Shown: positions 1-13,600 of the stretch, piece after piece
How the letters are laid out: every line of letters starts with the position of its first letter
How positions within the stretch are numbered: the first letter of the stretch is position 1
NCBI GenBank assembly: GCA_050084985.1
Contig: JBITNC010000001.1
Span: forward strand, 138,322,001 to 138,386,000
DNA length: 64,000 nucleotides
Direction of reading: 5' to 3'
Origin: Nageia nagi
Taxonomy: Eukaryota; Plantae; Pinophyta
Made by a program: the position numbers and the translations under genes
Notes under the pieces: generated by a model
Told to the model about the DNA's origin: nothing
Database searches by the model: none
Seen by the model: only the letters and a program-made list of their open reading frames with translations

Positions 1-447
1 GATTGTTAGCTTATGTAAGTATTAAACTACATGCATTGAGAGTTTGTGTGGAGGCATAGAGTTAGTTTGGAATGGAATATAGTTTAACAAAGATTGTCAA
101 TGCTCCTTTATAGACAAAATAGACCCATCAATGCCCCTTTTGAGCATGAAATAGACCACCCATGACCCTCTCTTTGGATTACCTTGCTCCACAACTTCAG
201 GTGCAAACTCTATTAGTTGTTGAGGCTTTGTCACTATCTTTTGTTCATTGATATCAGTTACATTCCATGAGGTAAGTATAAAAACTCAATCTTGTTTGGT
301 AATTTCATTTTGATTCCAATTATTCATTATCTTCTATATCAACTTTTCTTGTTATAAATTGCTATTCATTAGTTCAAAATTTACAAATAACCTTCGGGAT
401 TATAGGTATTCATTTATTTGCATTCTTGAATTTTTTATTTGTAAACA
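1..447 (+). repeat. 5' LTR (partial) of Tat element
   Basis: Matches 7584-8029; ends in CA immediately before TTT-TGG PBS. Confidence 0.9.
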
Positions 448-450
448 TTT

Positions 451-468
451 TGGTGAACCCAATGTGAA
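451..468 (+). promoter_or_regulatory. Primer binding site complementary to tRNA-Trp 3' end
   Basis: TGGTGAACCCAATGTGAA versus TGGTGAACCCGACGTGAA (complement of the plant tRNA-Trp 3' end, from memory). Both mismatches are CpG transitions. Confidence 0.75.
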
Positions 469-787
469 ACATAAGTAGTTGTGCTAAAATCCTAGGGTTT
501 TAGTTAGGACTAATAAGTGATTTGGTGAATTGTTTTAGACATGGATCAATTAAGATTATTCTTGCAAAGTTTTTAAAGAAGAGATCTTGATCTTCAGAGA
601 TATTTAGCATGATGGACCAAAAGCATCTATTGAAGTAGTTGACAATGATGATGGAACTAATAATAATCACATTTAGGCGACTATTTAGGGTATGCAAAGA
701 TAAATTAACCAACTAGCAAGAGGATCAACTTAGCTAGATGATTCGATTGAGTTTGGTAGCCCTATATGTGATGAGATCCATTTACGC

Positions 788-3700
788 ATGCCATCATTAG
801 ATTATAAAGATCCTAAGTTCTATAAATTAAATGGGGAGGGAGATCCTAGGAGACATTTGCAAGGGTTTAAAGATGAGTGTGAGCTCAAAATCAATGTGGA
901 TTCAAGATTAGAGGCAAAGTTCTTTCCTCATAGTTTGGAAGGCGAGGCTCGTGAATGGTTCTATTCTTTACCCAAAAGGTTAGTTACATAATTTTGAGAA
1001 TTGAGAAACTTATTTCTAGAATAGTATAAGCATAAAATCAAGCACAAAGTCATGGTTTCAGATCTATGTGCTATGAGGCAAAGTAGTAATGAAAATCTTG
1101 AAAAGTTTGTCATGCAATTCAAAAAGACATGGCAACAAATCAAAACTAAGGTCATAGAAAAAGAGATAAATAATATCTTCAAGGATGTTATCATATTATC
1201 CTTACAATATTATGTTATTGATTATAGATATCTAGCATTTTTTGATATGACATATAAGCTATTGGAAAAAAAGAAAAAGTCCTTATGAAATTAGGGCTTG
1301 TGAAATATCGAAATGATGACAAGCCTGGGGCCAAGGATAAGTAGCCATAATCACCAAAAAAGGATAAATATATTCATGTAGCAAAAAAAGTGAATGAAAA
1401 GAAAGAAAAGAAATTCATTAAGTTTCCTATACCTCCCAAGTTTATCTTGAAAGATCTAATGGTAAAGGGACTATTACATCCTTTACCTAAGTGAGAGGAA
1501 GATGAGTTAGTAGAGAGGCCAAAATGGTACAAGGAAGATAGATACTATGAATATCATCAAACCAAGAGGCATGCCTCTAATGGGTCTGGAGGCCTAAGAA
1601 ATAAAATACAAAGGCTCATAGAGGATGGATTCTATGTGTGTCCTACTTAAGTTAAAGATATAGGGGAAGAGCAGCATATCAATGTAATTTTCCATGAAGA
1701 AGTGTGTGTAGCACTTACAACAGGAAGACCAAGAGTAGCAACAAATCCTGTTACATGTGAAAGGGAGCTCCCTAAGGACTCAAGAAGTTTTGACCTCATT
1801 AGCAACTCAAGAATACATAAGTAAAGGTTAGTTTGTTTGAATTGCTTCAAATTTTAGAACCTCATAGAGAAATGATGCATCAGATTTTTAAGAATAGTCA
1901 AATAGATAGGAACATCTCAATCACTACTTTTGCAAAAATGGTAGAAATATGGAGTAAAGGAGATGCTATCACATTTCACCCTAGTGAAAGGCCTAGCAAG
2001 GATGTAACCCAATTACATCCACCATTGTTTATTGAAGTGAATACCTTTGGCAATACAATTAAGAAATCATTGATAGATGGTGGGGTAGCTTTGAATATTA
2101 GCACCACTCACTTGCTTTCATAGTTTGATCCAAATTTATTACCTCCAAGAGAAGAGACTACCATGAGAGTTAAGGGGTTTGATGGTGTTCTAAAGAAATG
2201 TGCAAGAATAATCACACTTTCGATAAAAGTAGGAAAAAAGGTACTTCAAACCCTCTTCTACATTATAGATGTAAAACCTTCTTTTAATTTCATTCTTGGA
2301 AGACCTTGGATAGATGACATGGAAGGAATAGCATCCACTTTGCATAGATGTTTCAAGTTTTGTTTTGAAAGAAATGTTTACAAGGTAGAAGAAGATGAGA
2401 AGATAGCCAAGTAGTGCAATTATGTTATTCCTAAGATATTTGTTCTATATGATGCAAAAGATAAGGCTATCCTAGCTAAGAATGATTAGATCTATAGAAA
2501 AGTGTTACAGAGAATTAACATCAAGAATATCAAGTTTGGTTCATACACCATCACGGATGTCAATAACATCATTCTAAAGAGAGACTTGGATAGATGTTAG
2601 GAGGCTTAGGAAAAGGATTAATAATGCTCCTTTGATATCCATGAAGACTATTGACGGTCCTCTTTAAAGGAAATCATATTTAAAAACAAATGTTGCATCA
2701 TTCCATATCATGGAGATGGTCACAATGGTCAGGATAGTTTTTCAATATTAACACAAGAAGATAAATGGGTAAGAGATGATAAAAATTGCTTTATTATTGA
2801 ATGTGGAATAGATGATGAAGATGTAATACATGCTATAGACTTGTTTGAGAATGATGATGCTTTCTTATAATCTATCAGTACTAGAACCAAATATCCAGCT
2901 AGCATGAAAAGAGGACTCATAAATATTATCTAGATGTACATGCTTACTTTGGTGAATTTATGGAAGATAAAATCAAAGAGTTGAGAGAGTTTCCATTTCT
3001 CACACCATCAGAATCAAAGATGACTTGGTTGAATAAAGATGTAGAGGAGGTTAACATTGGTTCTCAAGAGACACTGTGACTCTTAAAAATAGGTAAGATC
3101 CTTGGGGAACCTTTGCAAAATGAGTTCATTAAATTTTTTCATGATTATTTTGAATTTTTTGCATGGTCATATAAAGTTATGCTTGGATTAGATGAAAATT
3201 TTGTGGTACATAAGTTGGTTTTTGAGAAAGGAGAAGTTCTTGTAAAGAAAAAATTAAGAAAGTTACATTTTCAAGTTTCTTTACTAGTTAAGAAGGAAAT
3301 TGAGAAACTATTGGAAGTTGGCTTCATTAGGCCCATTGATTATTTAAAATGGATGGCCAATGTAGTCTTAGTGAAAAATCCTATAGGTGAAATTAGAGTA
3401 TGTACTAATTTCAGAGATCTCAATAAATCATGTACAAAATATGATTTCCCATTACCTAACATAGATATGATCATTGACAATTTGGTAGGTTATGAGATGT
3501 TATCATTTATGGATGGATTTTTAGGATATAATCAAATCAAAATCAAGGAATGTGATCAGCATAAACAAGCACTTAGAACTTCTTGGGGCAAATTTTTCTA
3601 CAAGGTAATGCCATTTGTTCTTAAGAAGACAAGGACCACATATTAAAGAGCAATGATATCCATGTTTCATGACTTCATTCATAAAACAGTAGAGGTCTAT

Positions 3701-6407
3701 GTAGATGATATCTTGATAAAATCAAAGAATAAAGGAGACTATGTCAAGGATGTAAAAATAGCATTTGAAATTATGAAGTAGTACAAGTTATGAGTTAAGC
3801 TAAAAAATGTGTATTTGGGGTATCATCAAGAAAACTCTTGGGGCACATTGTCTCTAGGAAGGGGGTTGTGGTGGATCTAAAGAAGATTAAGGCTATCATA
3901 TAAAAGTCTCCTCCTACAAATCTCAAGCAATTGAGAAGCCTCCAAGGTAATATTAAAGCTATTAGAAGATTCATTTATCAAGTAATAGATAAGATAGCTC
4001 CTATGTCTCATTTACTTAAGAAAGAATTTGAGTTTAAATGGGATGTTAAGTGTCAAGAAGTGTTTGATAGAATAAAAGAGTATTTGCTACATCCACTGGT
4101 GTTAGCTCTATATAGACGTGGAGAACCTATTTGGCTCTATGTCTCGGCTATAGAACATGCATTTGGCATAATGTTGACAAAGAAGGAAGAATATGGTAAA
4201 GAAAGAGTAGTCTACTTTATTAGCAAAGCATTAAAAGAATATGAAACCAGATACACACCCATTGAAAAGTTATGTCAATGTATAGTGTTTGCTATTGAGA
4301 GGTTGAGGCATTATATGATCAATACCACAACATATATACTTACTCAAGCAGACCCGTTAAGATACCTAATGTCAAAACCATGCCTCAATGGAAGGTCAGC
4401 AAAATGGATCATGCTACTTTAGGAGTTTGATCTCAAGTTTATGAAACAAAAATCACTTAAAGGGCAGGTAGTTGCAAATTTTGTTATGGAGTTTCCCATA
4501 GAATATAGTACAAAAATAAAAGAAGAATATAAGAACAAATGTGCTTTGGTAGAAACCATAGAATGTATAGAAGAGGACCACCTATTACCTTCTTTTGAAC
4601 ATAACAAGACCACCAATGTTCCTTTTTTAGAGGTTTCAAAACCTTGAAAAATTTATTTTGATGGATCATGGTGTATGCAAGGGTTAGGTCTAGGAATAGC
4701 ATTGATATCACCTTAGAATGATGTTATTCCTATGTCATATAAACTATCATTTGAATGTACTAACAACATGTTAGAATATGAAACTCTCATATTAGGATTG
4801 AAAGCAAATATAGAGATTAGTGTTATGCATTTGGATATTTATAGGGATTCATAGTTGATAGTGAATCAAGTCAATGAGATATACAACACCAAGGATGAGA
4901 AACTTATTCCATATAAAGTCCTTGTTGCAAAAATCCTTGCTTACTTTGAAGAGTATCAATTAGAAAACATTCCAAGGAAAAATAATAGGTTAGCAGATGC
5001 AATGGCAAGTGTAGCTTCACTTATAGCAATTGAGATAGAAGGTAGGGAGACTACTTTCACTATAAAGAACTTGAGAACTCCATCAATTGCTAAGGAAGAA
5101 TTGAATATGGTTTGTGTTGCTCAAAAGGTTGGTTATGAGGTAAGTCCTTAGTACCAACACATATTCAAATATTTGAGTGATAACTTTATTGATGCTACAC
5201 TCGATAAGAGAGAATAGATTAGAATGAAAAGGCTTACTATGAAATATGTCATTATTGGTGATATACTTTATAAAGGATCACTTAATGGTATTCTTTTGAG
5301 ATGTCTTCATGATGAGGAGATTGGAACAACATTAGAACATGCTCATAGAGGGGCATGTGGAGGTCATTTCAATGGGAGATCAATTTATGGCAAGTTCATT
5401 AGGATGGGTTATTGGTGGCCCACCATGGAGCATGATTGTTATGATCATGTTAATAAGTGTGAATAATGTCAAAAGCATGCACACTTAGAATTAACACCTA
5501 CTTAAGAGTTGAACTATGTCACATCACCATGGCCTTTCTCAATGTGGGCTTTGGATTTCATGGGTGTTATCAATCCTTCATCTAGTGAGGGGCACAAGTT
5601 TATCTTGGTTTCCATTGAATACTACACTAAATAGGTTGAGGCAATTCCTTTTAAAATAGCTATACAAAAACATGTTATCAATTTCATCAAAGAATATATC
5701 ATTTGTAGATTTGGCATACCTTAAATGTTAATCATGGATAATAGTGCAAATTTTATAGGAAAATATATCAAAGAATTTTGTAAAAAGATGAAGGTTGAAC
5801 AGAGATTCTCTTCAGTTTAATTTCCCCAAGGAAATGGAAAAGCTGAAGCAACAAACAAAACAATCAAGAAAATATTAGCAAAAACTATCAAAAATAATGG
5901 TAGGGATTGGCATGATCAATTACCATATTCTCTATGGGCATATAGAATAAGTGAAAGAATAGCAATAGGTGATACTCCATACACTCTTGTGTATGGTGAT
6001 GAAGCAATCATTTCTCTTGAAATTGAGATCATTTCTTTGAGAATTTTACTCAAATATATCATGAAGGAACCACAATAATGGGAAGCATGGTTAAATCAGC
6101 TAGAGGTATTAGATGAGAAAAGAATTAATGCACTAGAGCATCTCAAAAAATATCAGCAAAGAATAAAGAGGGCCTATGGAAAGAAAATGGTACCCAAAGC
6201 ATTTGAAGTTAGGGATTTGGTTCTCCAAGAGAACGTTTCTAACACTACAGCAAAGAATGAACTTAAATGAAAGTTTGAGCCAAATTGGGTTGGCTCATAC
6301 ATCATTATAGAGGTTTTAGATAGAGTTACATATAGATTATCTACATTAGATGGGGAGGTTCCCAAAATCCCATCAATGTTAAGAACCTAAAGAAGTATCA
6401 CATCTAG
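788..6407 (+). pseudogene. gag-pol polyprotein of Tat element (many stops/frameshifts)
   Basis: Gag GEGDPRRHLQGF...FFPHSLEGEAREWFYSL; protease LIDGGVALNI...LGRPWI; RT FPLPNID...MDGFLGYNQI...YVDD; RNase H LYVSA...YTPIEK; integrase H-x6-H...C-x2-C, GNGKAE, WVGSY (GPY-like). Confidence 0.93.
4648..5020 (+). pseudogene. Additional (archaeal-type) RNase H domain between RH and INT
   Basis: IYFDGSW...FECTNNMLEYETLILGL...DS*LIVNQV...IPRKNNRLADAMAS; hallmark of Tat-lineage elements. Confidence 0.88.
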
Positions 6408-6609
6408 GAAACCTATGGATAGCCCCAGGCATCTATTTTAGTAAAAAATGTTACTACAAGAATAAGCATGTGAAACGATGACATGAATTAAAAATAGAAG
6501 GTCATTTCAATGTTAGAATAGGAGCACCAACACTCCATTTTTAGTAAAAGAACACTACCTGTGGTCCTATTTTATATTCAAAAATAGAAATAAAAATAAA
6601 AATCATCAA

Positions 6610-6950
6610 ATACCCCTTGGTGCGGAGTTTTAGCTCCTAGATCGTAAATTTGCATGCCTCTTGGTGGAGTCTCATTTCCCATATCATCATTCTAGTTTCA
6701 TGTCCCTTGGAAAAGTCTCAACTCCATCCCTCATTGCAATATGCCTCTTGGTGCAAATTTTTAGCTCTCATACTCATTAAATATGCCTCTTGGTAGATTC
6801 TCAGCTCCCAAATTTATCATCATGCCTCTTGGTAGGAAGTCCAACTTCCATAAGATCAATAGACAAAACCATTAATGACATGAGATGGTTGTACTCCACA
6901 TATCAAAATATGGGTAATTATCATTGATGACCTCTTGGTAGATGGTCATG
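6610..6950 (+). repeat. Degenerate tandem array (6-7 units, ~40-46 bp period) in the Tat 3' region
   Basis: Core ATGCCTCTTGGT at ~6610, 6654, 6700, 6741, 6783, 6822 and 6927, usually followed by GGAG-N6-CTCC-like inverted repeats and variable linkers. Confidence 0.85.
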
Positions 6951-7253
6951 GACCCTAGAACTCTTTCTTTTGCAGGTCATCATTGGAGCTCATGGAGCAC
7001 ATCAACATTAACTAGGGGCAACATAGTGGATGTCATATGAGGGGATTTTCTTAAACTCATATCTTTTGTCAATATGTTGCTCATATTTCTTATATATCTA
7101 TCATAGTTTAGTATGAAAATAGACTAATTAGTGTTGTTATTATGCTTTTCAATGCTTATCAATATTTAATTGCTATGACATCTTTGTTGTACTTTGAATA
7201 AAAAATCTCAATGCACCTAGTGATTTTCAATTTCTCATCCAAAGTGAGGCATA

Positions 7254-8029
7254 TTTTATCACCTAAAATTAATTTATGCATTTAAATTAATACATTAGGA
7301 AATATGTGCTCATACTTATACACACCTAGGTCAAGAATATTAATGTTATCTTGGATATGGTCAATATATATCATTGACTTACTATATTCTTGTTTATGTA
7401 GGTACACATCGACCTAAGGAATAGGTCATTTAATTATCTACATAAATAGGGATCTAATAGTAAGTCCACATCAAGAAGATACATGATCCCATATTTTTTC
7501 TTGATGATGGTAGTCTTTTAAGTGTCTCTTGACACTACCATTCAAGGTTGGTTTTGTGTACTTCCTTATGCAAGCATCCTGATGATTGTTAGCTTATTTG
7601 AGTATCAAATTACGATCATCGAGAACCATGTGGAGGCATAGAGTCAATTCAAAATGGAATACATTCTAACAAAGATTTTTAATGCTCCTTTATAGATAAA
7701 ATAGATCCATCAATGCTCCTTTCGAGCATGAAATAGACCACTCGTGACCCTCTCTTTGGATCACCTTGCTCCACAGCTTCGGGTGTAGATTTAGTTAGTT
7801 GTTGAGGCTTCATCACTATCTTCCATTCATTGATATCAAGTACATTCCATGAGGTAAGTATACAAACTCAATCTTGTTTGGTAATGTCATTTCGATTCCA
7901 ATTATTCATTATCTTCTATATTAGGTTTTCTTGTTATAAATTGCTATTCGTTAGCTTAGAATTTACAAATATACTTCAAGACTATAGGTATTCATTTATT
8001 TGCATTATTGAATTTTTTATTTGTAAACA
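7254..8029 (+). repeat. 3' LTR of Tat element
   Basis: Follows PPT-like AAAGTGAGGC; distal 447 bp match the 5' LTR; left boundary approximate. Confidence 0.8.
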
Positions 8030-8799
8030 GGATCCATACTTATAATGGATTTGTTGTGAAACTACTTGATTAGATTGTATAGTTGTTCCTACTTAATTAA
8101 TATTCCTTTAGGGCGATGAATGTTGATATACTTGCAAGTTCTGATTAGGATTAGTTGATATCCCATTAAAGGTCATTTTTAATAAATTATTACACTATAT
8201 TCCTCAAGTACATACACCTATTTGTATCATGCTTTTTTGTTCAATGTAACTCATAACACTCTTCATATTTATAACAAGGTTTGGTAGTCCAACTAGGATC
8301 CCATTTTATTTCTAGTAATATTGACATATTTACATCATTTACCATCTTAAAACTTTATTCCAATGGTTCTCTAAAGGAGTAAATTTTATTTTTTATCTAG
8401 AAGGTTACCCTTAATCATCACTCTGTTTCCCATAAGGTTGATTTTGCAAAGATAGTTATGGTCCATGTTGAGCTTGTGGCACATGTTGAGGTGTAATTTG
8501 TAGTTATTTTTATTAGGGATATGGTTGTTGAAGAATCACTTGGTTCACTTGTGCTTTATTACCTCTCCAAATATATTATGTTATTATATTTTAAGGGTTA
8601 TTATTATATGTTTACCATAATTGTTACTAAAAATCCTTACCAACTATTCTTGAGGCAATGAAAAATTCATATCAGTTATCAAGCTTTTCCACCTAGCCAC
8701 ATAATGAGTAATATATTCTTGATCATATTGTGAAAGCTTTCTCATGTTAATAATTGAAGCCCTTTGTTAACATTAATTGAGAATTTTTCTAAGAAAAGA

Positions 8800-10630
8800 T
8801 TTTCCAATTTCTCAAAACTAAAAAGACTATGTTGTGGCAAGGACATATACCAATCCATTGCTTTCCCTTTAAAGATAATTGGGAAATTTCTCAATGTGAG
8901 AGAATCATCATGATATATTTGATATCATGCATACTTAAATTACCTTATATGTTCTTTATGATCTTATTTACTTTTAAACTTATCAATTGTAGGCATTTTA
9001 AACTTCCTTAGATAGAGTTTAAATGGAGCCAAAGGGCTACTAGGTTCATTGCAAATTTCATCATACTTAATCTTGGTATTTTATTGATTACTATCCTTGA
9101 GTTCTAATTCTTGTAACCTTTTCATGATTCTATTTTCATTTCTTGTAAAAGGCTAACCTTGTTGTGCTAATTATTTTTTATATTTCCGTATTTGATTAAC
9201 TTGTTGATATTGGGGGTCACTCATTAAGTTCACTTGTCTCACAAAAGGATGTGCTTAAGGATAAAAAGACACATTTTGTTTAACTTAAGGTTGATTTTGG
9301 TTATTTTGAAAAGGAGGTTGTTGTGCAATTTGAACTTGAGCCTATTAAAGATTTTGGTATAGTTGTGCTATAAGTTTTTGTAATACATCAATATTTTTTT
9401 GGGCTTGAAAACTAGGTTGATAATTACTTTAGGACTGATTTTGAATTGGTTGGGCACTATAATGTTGTTGGATTTAATTTTGAGATTAAGAAAAGGGTTG
9501 TGCGCCTTGTGAACAAATCTATGTTATGCACTATAAGGTTATTGATTTTGGTTTTATGCATTAGAAATTGTATGGGTTTGTTGATAGCTTTATGCACTAT
9601 TCTAATTTGGATTAATATATTAGTATGCACTTTGGTAATTAGGCATTGGATTTGAACACTTTTTTGATTTGGAGCTTATATTTACAAGTGTTATTTGGGG
9701 TTGAACTTGGGTATTGGCTTTTGTATTATGCATTTTAATTTATAATTTGATATTTTACACTTGAATTTAGATTTATTTATCATGACCCAACTTGGTTTGG
9801 TTGTACTTGTTGATTTAGTATTGTTCTTGGTTGTACACTAGGTTGATTTTTCAATACTCTATTTTTTGTACCATAGGATTGTGAGGGATTTGGTATTTAA
9901 GCTTGAGGGAACTATTGAGAAATTTTTTGAGGATGATACCATTGCTTAACTTGAGAAAGGGCCTCTTGAGCTTATTGATAATTTCTCATGAATGCTTATT
10001 GTTCATTTATGGGTCTCATATCTTATAGAATTGGTTGCTCCTTTATTTGGGAGATATTAGACTATTGAGATTGTACTTATTTAAAGGGATCTTGAGATGA
10101 TGACACATTGCAATCTTTTTGAGTATAAACTTGATCAAATTTTTAGTTAATAGGATGGTTGGATGGAACATATGTTGATTATTACATATCTTGGTAACAC
10201 ATGTGATCCATTACTTCTTGGTATGTATTTGGATTATTTATATTTTGCGCATTAGGTGTTCATTGTTGCCACATTATTGCAAGGACCTTACTATATATTT
10301 TGATGGATCATAATATTAAATTATTATTGTATTATACATATCTAAATATGTTGATACACTTGGTGGTGTTCTTTGACTTTGTTGTAAGACTTGATTTGTT
10401 ATGCCAAAGGATTATTAATTTGTTCTATGGCTCTAGACACATTAATTTAGTTCTTATGTTGAAATTTATATAGATTTTATGAGAATAAATTGTGATTGTT
10501 TCTTACCCTACAATATTATTAAATTTGGGGATTACTTTAACTTTTTATTTCCCTCTTTTTAGCTTGAGTCATATTTTTGACCATATTGAATGAGAATCCT
10601 CATCTAAAAGAATAAGATTGTTATTAGGTT
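8800..10630 (+). mobile_element. Heavily decayed Ty3/gypsy (chromovirus-like) pol 3' end remnant
   Basis: Vestiges of integrase C-terminal sequence near 8850-9000. The end motif GAGAATCCTCATCTAAAAGAATAAGAT-TGTTATTAGG resembles the pol-end/PPT/LTR junction at 63845-63880. Confidence 0.3.
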
Positions 10631-13600
10631 TAGGCTCCATAATTGTATCTCAATGTTTGAATCAATAATAATCTAAGTACCAAAAAAATTAATTAAAACT
10701 TTAAATAATACACACAAATGATAAAATAAATATTCTATGATGGATTTCTTTAACTCTTTTATTTAATGTCTATGGAAGCTACCACAAACACCTAGAATGT
10801 TTTTGCAAAGATATCACCATTATATGAATATAGCAATAATGAGAGATAGAATTTTTTATTTATATTTCTAATTGATTTTTTTTTAATCCAAGACTTAATA
10901 TTTTTAATGAAATTTTATTTTAAATTCCTTTTCCTCTTTTCTAGTTTCCTCTAAAGTGAATCTAGTCAAGTGTTTGGAAGGTAAGGCTCAATCTCTAGGG
11001 GATGGATCATTTAAAGGTAAGTAAAGTATCCTACCTTTGTATTTATTTCCAAGTGTATGTGATTCACCCATGAGAATGAATTCTATGTGCCCCAATAGAA
11101 GCCTAGGTATGTGAGATTCAAATTAAAGCAAAAGAAAATATGTATGCAATTCTAATCCCAAAGTAATGCAAGGCAATTTCAACCCAAATATTATAACCTT
11201 TTCCTTTTAAAATCAAATGATCCAATAGATAATTTTGAATGCATAAAGAAATACAACACTCAATTACCAAAAATAGTAAAACCTTCTCAAATGTAAGCCC
11301 CAAATAAAGTGTAATATAATGCACCAATCCCCTTAAATGTATGCAATATTTTTCACTAGATTTACTATACAAAGAAATCCTACTATCAAGTGAACAAATA
11401 AATTATATGGACTAGGTAAAAAAAGTGATTCAACAACTCAATTGGATTATAATGTTCCCTTCATCTACAAGTATGAATGATTGAGAAAAGGTTACAAATC
11501 ACCCCATTAAAAGGGAGATCTTAAACAAATGCTAAACCAAGGAAACCTTAATGCTTAAGCCAACACTCCAAACCAAGTGTGATAGAAAAATCCTAGTTGT
11601 TGTAGAGACTAATTAACTATGAAAAATCCAATCATGAGACCCTAATACAAAATTTTAGCATATCTAAGCTAAAAAATGCAAACTATTTTAAAATAGAATT
11701 TGGGTCACATTTCACAATTTGAAACATGATTGCATTTTTTCAAAAATGTGATAGGAACTGCATTTGGACTATTATACTTGTAAAATAAAAAAGGAAAATG
11801 GATTAGAATATATACCCTTTGCCTTAGCTATTATGGTATTACATCAAAATCTAAGATCAAACCTTAGAGAATTTAGGTCAAAATGCAATGTAAATAACTT
11901 CCTCTCCTAATTTTGATATTTTCTCAATAAAATGATATGAAATGTAGACTTAAATAGATAATAAGCACTTGAAACTTTTAAGAGAAGTAAAGGAGATAGA
12001 AAGGCCCTCTTTTGAATAGAGAAACTAAGAAATTTTTCCTTAAAAGCTTGTTAATACAATACTTTATTTTGAAATGTGGTAGTGTAGAATTTGACAATAT
12101 GAAATATGGTGGGGACCATGTTTCCCACTCCAGTGCAAAGTTATTCCCCAAAATTTTAGATCCATATCATTTCACCTGCAAGATTTCTATATGCAAAAAT
12201 CAATTGAATCTAACAAACAAATTATAAGAATTACGAATTTTACTATGCCTTTGTGTGTAACAATTCAAGAATTAAGAGTAAGGGCTTGGAGGCAAAATCA
12301 AAAGCTCCCATAATTCAAAATATGAAAACTAGGAGTTGTTCACATCAAGTTCACCAATAGATGTAGCTCCCAAAATCCTACATAATGATCCTAAAATACA
12401 CAAAGATATGAGTAATCTACAAGATGTTCGAATTTTATAATTTCTATGCTCAAGTCTTATAGTAAAGATCAAAGAATGATAAATATTGATGGTATATATT
12501 TAATTAGAGTCTCCAAACCTACTTGATATATGAAATTAGAACCTGAATACAATCTAAACAATTTAGGGGGACTTTCAACCTTAGGCCCTTAAGCACATAA
12601 GGTAAAATAGATATCCTTTTCAAGCTATATACCTAGTATGTGAGCCCCCTATTCCGTAATCAAGAGGAAGATATAATACAAAGTATACTTAGATATGCCT
12701 ATGTATTTAATATAAACTTTAAATAATATTTAGTTGTTAGAAATATGATTCAACCGAGCAATTGTGATAAGAAAATGATCTAACAATGTATTTTGATAAT
12801 TCAAGCTTGGAATCAAGATTTAAATCCTATGAAATCAAGAAAGATCCAATCCCTTGTATCTAAAGGATCCAAGGATACCCAATAAGCTTATATAATATTT
12901 AAACCATGGATGAATTAAAGGGTATGTTTAAACCTTAAGAAATTTAATTCTAAATGCAAATTAAGATGATTTTTAGCCTAATAAGTATGCTACATACACC
13001 AAACTAAAATATAAGGATAATTAACCATAGTAGGATACGATTCTTCAAGTTCATTTTAATCTTGATGGTGGAATCCTTTTGAAACTTGAAATCAAATACA
13101 AAAATGCAAGATACAAGAATGTTACCAACATGGATTTGGAATGAAGTAATTGAGTAATTTTTGGTAGAAATTCCTTCAAGAAGATTGAAACCCTTGGATC
13201 TTACCTCAAAACCCTTAAATAAACTTTGAAACTTTAGCTTTATAATCTTAAAGCACCTTAGAGCATTCGAGAGCATAAAATCATAACAACAAAAATGAGC
13301 AAATGAATTAGAAGAAGCAAATTCTATTTTAATATTGACATATATAGTCAACTCCAACTTAATGTTAGGTAACTAGAAGCAAAGTATTTAGTTTATTAAA
13401 ACCATTTTAATCATAAAATGAAGCATTTAGATAATTCTAGTAATTTGAGTGATTTTGAGTAAATAAAAGTATGTTTAAACAAAAATATATTTTGTGGGTA
13501 TCTACAACTAGGATTAATTAAAAGATTATTTGGTTAAGGATATCCTTGTTTTATTTGAAGAATGTTTATATTTATGTTAACAACTAAAAATTATAGGATT

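Larger units (their letters stand above)
1..8029 (+). mobile_element. Ty3/gypsy LTR retrotransposon, Tat lineage (old, inactivated; 5' LTR cut by window edge)
   Basis: Direct repeats 1-447 and 7584-8029 both end ...TTTGTAAACA (roughly 80-85% identical by eye). PBS follows the 5' LTR and a purine tract (~7241-7250) precedes the 3' LTR. Domain order is gag-PR-RT-RH-aRH-INT. Confidence 0.93.

Noticed and set aside
6610-6950. CRISPR-like appearance (repeat plus variable spacer)
   Set aside because: Eukaryotic retrotransposon context, degenerate short repeats, spacers only 13-20 nt, no cas genes; reported as a TE repeat array instead
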